From contig OY282458.1 of the NCBI GenBank assembly GCA_958296245.1, forward strand, positions 1,190,238 to 1,254,237: a DNA stretch of 64,000 nucleotides, given 5' to 3'. This DNA is from an uncultured Dehalococcoidia bacterium (GTDB taxonomy: Bacteria; Chloroflexota; Dehalococcoidia; Lucifugimonadales; G958296245). Positions 27,872 through 34,898 of this stretch are shown piece after piece. Position numbers and translations under genes: made by a program. Positions within the stretch are counted from its first letter, which is position 1; every line of letters begins with the position of its first letter. The notes beneath the pieces were generated by a model that saw only the letters and a program-made list of their open reading frames with translations, searched no databases and was not told the origin of the DNA.

Positions 27872-28908
27872 CCAACGTTGACATCCCGGCGCTGAAGGCC
27901 CGCCACCCCCTGGGCGACACGGTGGAGGCGTCGGGCGTGCGGCTGAGGGGAAGGGGCAGGGTCCGCCAGGGCGTCTGCCCCTTCCATACCGAGAAGGAGG
28001 GCAGCTTCACTGTGTACGGCGACTCGGAACGGTGGTACTGCTTCGGGTGTGGCGCAGGCGGCGACGTGCTGGACTTCATCCGGCGAGCCGAGAACCTGAG
28101 CCTGCCCCAAGCGATCAGGCGGCTGGACGGCGGCCACGGGCCGATTTCCGGAGCCGCCACTCGTCCGGTTCCAGCCAGGCGTCCCAAGGCAACCTCGCTG
28201 CCTCCGAGGGACCCGTCGCTGCTGACGGCGGCGGCGCGGTTCTACGCCGGGCAGCTTCGGCACAGCCCCGTTGCAAGGGTGTATCTGGCCTCGCGGGGCG
28301 TCGGCCTTGACGCCGCAGCCCGCCTGGGTCTCGGCTACGCGCCGGGACACGGGCTGCGGGAGGCCCTCGAGTCGGACGGCTTTACGACCGAGAGGCTCAG
28401 GGACTGCGGGCTGTTCATGGAGCGAGGCTCGGAGCGGTTCGCGGGAATGGTCGTAGTCCCCGAAGCCGTAGGCGGGCTTGTCCGGTGGCTCGTCGGGCGG
28501 GCCACAGACCCCGACGTCACGCCCCGGTTCCAGGCGCTGCCCGGCCCCAAGCCGGCGCTTGGCCTGGGGCGGCTCGGACCCGCGCCGCCGTGGGCGGTTG
28601 TCGCCGAGGGTGTCTTCGACTGGGTTGCCCTGGCGCAGTGGGGAATCCCCGCCTGCGCCGCCCTCGGCGCTCAGGGCGTAGAGAAGGTCGCCGCCTCCCT
28701 GCGGGGCTGCCCCCGCGTCTTCCTCGCCTTCGACGCCGACGACGCCGGCCGTGAGGCCGCGGAGCGGCTTGCGGCCTTGCTTGGACGCAGGGCCGCCGTA
28801 GTACACCTTCCCGATGGCGTCGGCGACGTGGCCGAGCTTGCAACCCGACCACGTGGCCGCGCCGCCTTCCTGCGCCTCCTTGCACGGGCGGCCCGCTCCG
28901 CCAGGTAG
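27862..28908 (+). CDS. DnaG-like DNA primase (CHC2 zinc finger plus TOPRIM)
   Basis: The CHC2 finger is CPFHTEKEGSFTVYGDSERWYCFGCGAGGDVLDF. The TOPRIM acidic residues are VVAEGVFD and LAFDADDAGREA. Confidence 0.85.
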   Translation: MVVANVDIPALKARHPLGDTVEASGVRLRGRGRVRQGVCPFHTEKEGSFTVYGDSERWYCFGCGAGGDVLDFIRRAENLSLPQAIRRLDGGHGPISGAATRPVPARRPKATSLPPRDPSLLTAAARFYAGQLRHSPVARVYLASRGVGLDAAARLGLGYAPGHGLREALESDGFTTERLRDCGLFMERGSERFAGMVVVPEAVGGLVRWLVGRATDPDVTPRFQALPGPKPALGLGRLGPAPPWAVVAEGVFDWVALAQWGIPACAALGAQGVEKVAASLRGCPRVFLAFDADDAGREAAERLAALLGRRAAVVHLPDGVGDVAELATRPRGRAAFLRLLARAARSAR

Positions 28909-29114
28909 CGCACCGACCACGCCACGCGGGCTTCTTGGCCCGTTCCCCACACGGGCCTCCGGCCCACTTCACCTGTCCACAACTCATACCCAAGAGGACC
29001 TGTGCCCAATTCACGACGGAGCTTGCCTGTCCGCTTGCCCCGCACACGGCTTCCCCATGAGGGGAATCCGCAACGACATTCGCTACAGAAGCACACCACA
29101 GAAGGAGAAACGAC

Positions 29115-29918
29115 ATGTTGAACGGAACGAACAGGAACGGAAGCGGCAACGGCGTCCACAGGGACGCCTCCATAGTCGGCGAGCACGAGCTGCTCTGGGA
29201 TGGGCTGGCCCCCTCGGTCACCGAGAAGCTGGCTCAGCCCCTGGACTCCAGCCTGGTCTCCCAGCGCAGGGGCCGGGGCAATCGCAGCTTCGCCTACCTC
29301 GAAGGCCACACGGCCATCGACCAGGCCAACGGGGTCTTCGGCTTCGGCGGCTGGGGCTACGACCTCGTGGGCGACGTGACCCTGCGGGAGATCGAGAACG
29401 TCGATCCCAAGACGGGAGAGGTGAAGCGCGTCCGCGCCTACGCCGCCACGGTCAGGGTCAACGTGCCCGGAGCGCCCTCGCGCACCGACGTGGGCTTCCA
29501 CGCGGTGGCCGGAGAGAGCGCCGATGACTTCGAGACGGCCTACAAGGGCGCGGTGACCGACGGGATGAAGCGGGCGCTCAGGTCCTTCGGAGCCCAGTTC
29601 GGCAACGCCCTCTACGGGGACGCTTCGACAGGCGGCGCGGCCCGCCAGGAACGCGCTCCCGCTCGCGCTGCGCAGACGGGCAGCCGCTCGAAGCAGCCTC
29701 CACAGACCGACCGGATCGAGGAGGCGCGGGTTCAGGCGATGCGGTCGGGGCTGATCGAGCTCGGAGGGATGCAGGGGTTCGACGAGGCTCAGGTGCGTGC
29801 GGCGGTGAGGAAGCAGACGGGCATGGAGTTGGATGACCTGCCTGTGCCGGAGCTGGAGAAGCTGATGGAGAGCGCGACGCTGAAGCTCCAGAAGATGCAG
29901 GAAGCGCAGGCGGCGTGA
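29115..29918 (+). CDS. Rad52/Rad22-family single-strand annealing protein
   Basis: SFAYLEGHTAIDQANGVFGFGGWGYD... and YKGAVTDGMKRALRSFGAQFGNALY are characteristic Rad52-type motifs. Confidence 0.8.
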   Translation: MLNGTNRNGSGNGVHRDASIVGEHELLWDGLAPSVTEKLAQPLDSSLVSQRRGRGNRSFAYLEGHTAIDQANGVFGFGGWGYDLVGDVTLREIENVDPKTGEVKRVRAYAATVRVNVPGAPSRTDVGFHAVAGESADDFETAYKGAVTDGMKRALRSFGAQFGNALYGDASTGGAARQERAPARAAQTGSRSKQPPQTDRIEEARVQAMRSGLIELGGMQGFDEAQVRAAVRKQTGMELDDLPVPELEKLMESATLKLQKMQEAQAA

Positions 29919-29948
29919 GCGGCCCTGATGGACTAGAGATACGGAATC

Positions 29949-29981
29949 GAGCGGGGCCGTCTCTTCGGGGCAGCCCCGCTC
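29949..29981 (+). terminator. GC-rich hairpin H1
   Basis: GAGCGGGGC...GCCCCGCTC forms a 9-bp stem, followed by CCCATACAG. Confidence 0.4.
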
Positions 29982-30009
29982 CCCATACAGCAGGAGAAGG
30001 AGGAACGAA

Positions 30010-30330
30010 ATGACAGGAACCACGATGCACACGCCCTGGGGATGGCCCCAAGACATCGAGGAGCTGGCGGAAGGCGTCTGGCGGGTGTCCACCGCAAGCC
30101 ATGGCGGGCTGAAGCTCAGCCCGGAGCGGTGGGATGCCGTCCCCGCCGCCGTCCAAGACACGATGTTCACCCCGACCTTCGCCGAGGAGGACTGCGAGGA
30201 GGTCATCGTCAGGACGCTGCTGGACATCGGCGACGACGGGGACAGGGCGATGGCGCTCAGGGTCGCGGAACGCTTCGAGCGGTACGCTCCCGCGCTGCCC
30301 CATCTCCGGAAGATAGGGGGCAGCCGATGA
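30010..30330 (+). CDS. Hypothetical plasmid/ICE-type accessory protein
   Basis: GAAGGAGG lies upstream. The N-terminal TPWGWPQDIEELAEGVWRVSTASHGGLKLS resembles conserved conjugative-element proteins (from memory, unverified). Confidence 0.6.
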   Translation: MTGTTMHTPWGWPQDIEELAEGVWRVSTASHGGLKLSPERWDAVPAAVQDTMFTPTFAEEDCEEVIVRTLLDIGDDGDRAMALRVAERFERYAPALPHLRKIGGSR

Positions 30331-30722
30331 CCACCGCAACACGGCCCAGACCCCGCAGCCTGCCCAGCACGACCACGAAGCTGAACACCGAGTACGGCAA
30401 CCTGTACGTGACAGTCTCCGTGGACGAGAACGGCGAACCCTTCGAGGTGTTCGGACACATGGACAAGGGAGGCTCCTTCCAACACGGGGTCACCGAGTTG
30501 GCCTGCCGTCTCATCTCCCTGCACCTGCGAAGGGGTACTCCGCTCGCAGAGGTCATCGGCCAGTGCCAGGGAATAGCCGAGATGCAGCCCTTCTTCAACC
30601 TCCTGCCGGACGGTACGAGTGTGCCGGTTCTGGGGTTGGGCGACGGCATCGCCCACGTGCTGAAGACCTACCTGAAAGCGAGGAAGGAGGTGAGGGAAGC
30701 CGGAGCACGGAAGGCCGCCTAG
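30327..30722 (+). CDS. TSCPD-domain protein (stand-alone RNR-like C-terminal domain)
   Basis: YGNLYVTVSVDENGEPFEVFGHMDKGGSFQHGVTELACRLISLHLRRGTPLAEVI matches the TSCPD pattern. The start has an ATGA overlap with the upstream gene. Confidence 0.7.
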   Translation: MTTATRPRPRSLPSTTTKLNTEYGNLYVTVSVDENGEPFEVFGHMDKGGSFQHGVTELACRLISLHLRRGTPLAEVIGQCQGIAEMQPFFNLLPDGTSVPVLGLGDGIAHVLKTYLKARKEVREAGARKAA

Positions 30723-30746
30723 CGGCAGGGACAACGGACCGGAACC

Positions 30747-30782
30747 AATGCGGGGTCGCTCCTTCGGGGGCGGCCCCGCATT
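30747..30782 (+). terminator. GC-rich hairpin H2
   Basis: AATGCGGGG...CCCCGCATT forms the stem, followed by TCCATCTACAGG. Confidence 0.4.
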
Positions 30783-30818
30783 CCATCTACAGGACACAAG
30801 AAAGCAAGGAGGATGGAC

Positions 30819-30992
30819 ATGACAACGAAGGACAGGGCGAAGCTCGAAGGGCGGGAGAAGACCCGCATGGTGGGCATGGTGAAGTCCCGGCGCTACTCGG
30901 TGAATCACCGCAGGCTCAATGCCCTCCTCGACCCGGAGGCCAGGGCGGAGATAGTTACCGAGAGGGTCTCCGAGTACCTGAGGGTCAGCTAG
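30819..30992 (+). CDS. Small hypothetical protein (57 aa, below the ORF-track cutoff)
   Basis: AAGGAGG lies 6-12 nt upstream. The peptide is MTTKDRAKLEGREKTRMVGMVKSRRYSVNHRRLNALLDPEARAEIVTERVSEYLRVS. It is bracketed by hairpins H2 and H3. Confidence 0.4.
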   Translation: MTTKDRAKLEGREKTRMVGMVKSRRYSVNHRRLNALLDPEARAEIVTERVSEYLRVS

Positions 30993-31017
30993 ACGCTCCT
31001 CACCAGGAGCGCAGGGA

Positions 31018-31052
31018 CGGGGCCGCTTCCCTCTACAGGGGTCGCGGCCCCG
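31018..31052 (+). terminator. GC-rich hairpin H3
   Basis: CGGGGCCGC-ttccctctacaggggtc-GCGGCCCCG. This is an inverted copy of H4. Confidence 0.4.
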
Positions 31053-31111
31053 CCGTTCATCAATCGGGCGCGGCATCGCCGCGCCACGTCACTCACATCA
31101 GGAGGAATGAA

Positions 31112-31480
31112 ATGTCGAGGACCATCAACAAGGTGGAGCTGTTGGGACGGGTCGGGACCGAGCCGGAGATGCGCTACACCCGGGGCGGAACCGCCGTCAC
31201 CCAGCTGCGACTGGCCACCGAGCGCCGCCACAAGGACGGGGAGACCACCGCCGACTGGCACAGCGTGGTCGTTTGGGGCAAGCAGGCTGAGGCGGTGAAC
31301 GAGTACGTGGGCAAGGGCGACCGCATCTATGTGTCGGGCCGCCTGGCGCAGAACTCATGGGAGACCGAGGACGGCCAGCGACGCCATCGCACCGAGACCC
31401 ACGCCTCCGAGGTTGTCTTCCTGGACCCCCGCAGAGGCGGGAAGCAGGAGCAGACCGGCGACGAGGACATGCCCTTCTAG
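31112..31480 (+). CDS. ssb: Single-stranded DNA-binding protein
   Basis: AGGAGG lies upstream. The OB fold is MSRTINKVELLGRVGTEPEMRYT...ADWHSVVVWGKQAE...IYVSGRL, with an acidic tail ending DEDMPF. Confidence 0.9.
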   Translation: MSRTINKVELLGRVGTEPEMRYTRGGTAVTQLRLATERRHKDGETTADWHSVVVWGKQAEAVNEYVGKGDRIYVSGRLAQNSWETEDGQRRHRTETHASEVVFLDPRRGGKQEQTGDEDMPF

Positions 31481-31529
31481 GCGCCCGAGCCACAACCGCA
31501 CAACGACGCCCTGCAAACCGGGCGCAACA

Positions 31530-31560
31530 CGGGCCGCCCCCTGTAGATGGGAGCGGCCCG
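31530..31560 (+). terminator. GC-rich hairpin H4 (likely ssb terminator)
   Basis: CGGGCCGC-cccctgtagatggga-GCGGCCCG, followed by CTTTCT. Confidence 0.45.
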
Positions 31561-31708
31561 CTTTCTAACCCATAGAACCGATAAAGAAGGAGGACGAAAT
31601 GCCCAGGAAGAAGCAGACCAAGCGGATGGAGCCTTTCCCGTCACCCCGGAGGGGCAGGCGCTGCTGGACGCGCTGCGCAGCAACCTGAACCTGCTGGGGG
31701 AGATAGCC

Positions 31709-32134
31709 ATGCGCTACGAGGTTGAGACCCGGCCGAAGCGCCCGGCGAACCTGCCCACCATCTCCGGCCCCGATGACGTTCACAACCTGCTGGGACCGGA
31801 GATATCCGCCCTCGCCCAAGAGCAGCTGCGGGTGTTGCTGCTGGACACGAAGAACAACGTCGTCGGCCAGCGGGTCGTCTATCAGGGCAACGTGTCCTCG
31901 GCCATCGTCAGGCCCGCCGAGGTGCTGCGCCCTGCGGTGGTCGAGGCCGTCCCCAGCATCATCGTCAGCCACAACCACCCTTCGGGCGACCCGACCCCCA
32001 GCCCGGAGGACGCGGCGGTTACCCGTGACTTGGCACAGGCGGCCAAGCTCCTGGGCATCGACCTGCTCGACCACGTGGTCATCGGTGGAGAGGGGTTCGT
32101 CAGCCTCAACGGGCGCGGCCTCATGTCCAAGTAG
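31709..32134 (+). CDS. radC: RadC-like JAB/MPN domain protein
   Basis: The JAMM motif is SHNHPSGDPTPSPED. The segment EQLRVLLLDTKNNVVG is typical of short mobile-element RadC proteins. The start is uncertain: an SD-led ATG at 31599 is in another frame. Confidence 0.8.
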   Translation: MRYEVETRPKRPANLPTISGPDDVHNLLGPEISALAQEQLRVLLLDTKNNVVGQRVVYQGNVSSAIVRPAEVLRPAVVEAVPSIIVSHNHPSGDPTPSPEDAAVTRDLAQAAKLLGIDLLDHVVIGGEGFVSLNGRGLMSK

Positions 32135-32231
32135 CCCGGCCCTCCACGACCGGCGGTCCCAGGCCGTCTGGCCCCCACGCGGGGGACTCGCTCCTCTGCG
32201 CACACCTCAACACACTAGAAGGAAACACCCC

Positions 32232-32870
32232 ATGCTTGCGACCCAGTTCGACATCAACCCCGAAGACCTCTACACCATCAACGCCGGGGGCTTCTCGGCC
32301 ACCGTGGACGCCTTCGCCCGCGACGACACCGAGGGCCTCTGGTTCCTCTCCATGGTCGGCTCCCAGACGGCGCTCAAGGCTATCTGGGCCAGCCTGCTCA
32401 AGCAGCCGCCCGACTCCGCACACCTCATCAGGGGCGCCGACGGCATGGCCCTCAGCGGCGGATACAAGCGCTGTGTCGTCCCCCACGAGACCATCGGAAC
32501 CTGGACGACGAAGATAGCCCGGCTGCCGGTCTCCGGCGGCTGGCACGCCCTGGTCTACACCAGGACAGCGGAGTACGCCTTCGAGCGGGACGACTTCCTG
32601 CTGCTGGCGCAGAGCGAAGAGGACGCTCCCGCGCTGCACCACCGCTTCCTCGACAAGCGCAGCCCGCTTCCCCTGCACCGCTCCTGGGCCGACTGGCTCT
32701 GGCGCAAGGGCCTCCGGAACGGGGCCATCGTCCCTCTCCGGTCGGTGGGCGTCTTCGCCTACAGGTGCAAGCCCAACGCCGAGTGGCTGAAGGAAGACCT
32801 GTCCGAGGCGGTGGCGTCGGGAAGGCTCACCCTGCCGAAGAACGACGGGGAGGAGGCGACCGATGGATAG
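32232..32870 (+). CDS. Hypothetical protein
   Basis: The ATG at 32232 lies inside the longer ORF 31722-32870. The peptide MLATQFDINPEDLYTINAGGF... has normal composition. I recognise no domain. Confidence 0.55.
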   Translation: MLATQFDINPEDLYTINAGGFSATVDAFARDDTEGLWFLSMVGSQTALKAIWASLLKQPPDSAHLIRGADGMALSGGYKRCVVPHETIGTWTTKIARLPVSGGWHALVYTRTAEYAFERDDFLLLAQSEEDAPALHHRFLDKRSPLPLHRSWADWLWRKGLRNGAIVPLRSVGVFAYRCKPNAEWLKEDLSEAVASGRLTLPKNDGEEATDG

Positions 32871-33270
32871 GACGCTGAAGACGGCCAAGCGCCGCAACAA
32901 GCGGCGGAGCAACCGCAACTACGAGGCCTGGCGGCGCTTCTCGCCGGACGGGACGACCTGCCGCTTCTGCCCGCACGACAACACGCAGCACCTGTGCAGT
33001 TCCGGCCAGCCGCATTTCTACCGGCCAGCCACAGAAGGGGAACGGCGCGACCCCTCGGTGACGCTCTACCGCTACGCCCTCCCCCAGGGCGGCTCGGCGT
33101 TGGTGCGGCGGATGACCGCCGCCAAGCACGCCGAGCTCATCACCGCCTTCTGCACCGCCTGCGCCGAGGCCATGCAGACCGGACAGGTGCTCTGCTACCA
33201 GCGGAACCTGGCCGTCGGAGAGATGGTCGGCATGCGGATCGACCACAAAGACATCGCAGTCGCCGCCTGA
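32863..33270 (+). CDS. Cys/His-rich hypothetical protein
   Basis: The start overlaps the upstream stop. CRFCPHDNTQHLC...CTACAE suggests a zinc-binding protein. Confidence 0.5.
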   Translation: MDRTLKTAKRRNKRRSNRNYEAWRRFSPDGTTCRFCPHDNTQHLCSSGQPHFYRPATEGERRDPSVTLYRYALPQGGSALVRRMTAAKHAELITAFCTACAEAMQTGQVLCYQRNLAVGEMVGMRIDHKDIAVAA

Positions 33271-33295
33271 AGCGGCACGAGAAAGGAGAACCGAC

Positions 33296-34333
33296 ATGAG
33301 ACTTGCAGCATAGGCCAAATGGGGCTACTACCCCACGCCCGACCGGGTGGTGGACATGATCGCGGGACTGGTTCGCGCACCCATCGGATACCACCACTAC
33401 AACCGGGAGACGCTGCGCATCCTCGACCCCTGCTGCGGGGCCGGTGACGCCGTGGCGCGGCTGGCGGAGGAACTGAACAGGCCCAACGCCCTGCCCATCG
33501 AGACCCACGGCGTCGAACTGCACCGGGACCGGGCTGAGGAGGCCGAGGCCCGGCTCGACCGCGCCCTCGCAGCCGACCTGTTCCAGACCTCCATCGCCAA
33601 CAGCGCCTTCGGGTTGCTGTACCTCAACCCGCCCTACGACTGGGACTCGGAAGACAGGCGGGTGGAGCACGCCTTCCTCACCCACTGCACCCGCTACCTC
33701 GTCGAGGACGGCCTCCTGGTCTTCATCGTCCCCCGCGCCCGGCTCTCGGTATCGGCCCGCTACCTGGCCTCCCACTACGGGCGGATGCGCTGCTGGGCAT
33801 TCCCGCACCCGGAGCGGGAGGTCTTCGACCAGGTGGTGTTGGTGGGCTGCCGCAAGGCCGAGCCTGTTCCCGACGCCCACGCCGAGGAGCGGGTGAGGGA
33901 GTGGGCCGAAGGGGAGCCGGAGGAGTTGGACTCGTATCCCTACCCGGTGTTCAGGGCGCCCGCCACGCCGTCGGGGGACATCCTGTTCACCACCCGCAGC
34001 GTGGACCCGGTCGCGGCTGCGGCGGAGGCCCGCAGGTCGGGGCTGTGGACCAGCCCTGAGATCACCGACACACTCTGGCCCGCCAGGGACCTCCGCACAC
34101 GCCCGCTGATGCCCCTGCGAAGGGGCCACATGGCGATGCTGGTGGCGGCGGGCTTCCTCGACAACCTCTGCCTCGAGGCCGACGGACGGCGCGTCCTGGT
34201 CAAGGGCAGAACCTCCAAGGAGATGACCCTGGTGGAGGAGACCCCGGAGAAGGAGACCTACCGCGAGCGGCTGAAGACCACCGTGGTGGCCCTCGACCTG
34301 GACGACGGCGAGATCACCGACATCGCCGCATAG
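33296..34333 (+). pseudogene. N6-adenine-type DNA methyltransferase (orphan, ICE-type) with an in-frame TAG at codon 6
   Basis: The SD GAAAGGAG precedes the ATG at 33296: MRLAA-TAG(33311-33313)-AKWGYYPTPDRVVDMIAGL... Motif I is LDPCCGAGD and motif IV is NPPYDW. An alternative GTG restart lies at 33347. Confidence 0.75.
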
Positions 34334-34351
34334 ACTGTCCGCCGCAGACGA

Positions 34352-34414
34352 GACGGCTCGCCACCGAGCCGCGGCACGAGGCCCCGCTGGTTCCATCGAC
34401 CGGCGGGGCCTCGC
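34352..34414 (+). repeat. About 62-bp double-hairpin repeat, copy R1
   Basis: GACGGCTCGCCACCGAGCCGCGGCACGAGGCCCCGCTGGTTCCATCGACCGGCGGGGCCTCGC lies 19 nt after the methyltransferase stop. Confidence 0.7.
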
Positions 34415-34460
34415 TCTGTTTGGACGTAACACACCTAGTACAAGGAAAGAGAGGTTACAG

Positions 34461-34667
34461 ATGCAGACGACCATGACCCTTGACGCCTGCGCCCGGTGCG
34501 GGCAACCCATCGCCCCAGGGGAACCCGCCATGCAGACCGCATCGGTGGACGTCCTCGGCGGAAGGGACGTCGCCTCCCCGGTGAAGTCCTACCACCTGCG
34601 GGGCCGTTGCTACGACGACGCCAAGATACCCGAAGCCACCCGCAGGCCCGTCCCCAAGGCGGCATAG
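34461..34667 (+). CDS. Small hypothetical protein (CxxC-containing)
   Basis: 68 aa, MQTTMTLDACARCGQPI... It is bracketed by R1 and R2. Confidence 0.45.
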   Translation: MQTTMTLDACARCGQPIAPGEPAMQTASVDVLGGRDVASPVKSYHLRGRCYDDAKIPEATRRPVPKAA

Positions 34668-34681
34668 ACGACTCAAACCCC

Positions 34682-34742
34682 GACGGCTCACCAGAGCCGC
34701 GCCACGAAGCCCCGATGGTCCCATCGACCCGCAGGGCCTCGC
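34682..34742 (+). repeat. About 62-bp double-hairpin repeat, copy R2
   Basis: GACGGCTCACCAGAGCCGCGCCACGAAGCCCCGATGGTCCCATCGACCCGCAGGGCCTCGC is about 85% identical to R1 by eye. Confidence 0.7.
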
Positions 34743-34898
34743 AAGTTCGGCGACCGAACAACCTACCGCCTGGAGGACGTTCCAGGGCTTGAACCTTGAA
34801 ACGTCCTCCCGCAGTGGGGGGCGTAGTGCGCCTTCCGCCGGCGTGCGTTCGGGTTCGGGTGGGCGTCCTCCTAAACACCTCATCAAGGAGGACTCACA

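Noticed and set aside
28671-31076. 801-aa minus-strand ORF.
   Set aside because: It runs antisense through five SD-led plus-strand genes with clear homology (primase, Rad52, TSCPD and others). It is a high-GC artefact.
31599-31708. A possible frameshifted N-terminal extension of RadC. The SD-led ATG at 31599 opens a 29-codon frame, and the RadC frame upstream of 31709 reads plausibly (GQALLDALRSNLNLLGEIA).
   Set aside because: I cannot distinguish this from a simple internal start at 31709, which gives a normal short RadC. It is noted but not claimed.
33140-34531. 463-aa minus-strand ORF.
   Set aside because: It is antisense to the methyltransferase gene, which has motifs I and IV. Its composition is R/G/P/A-rich.
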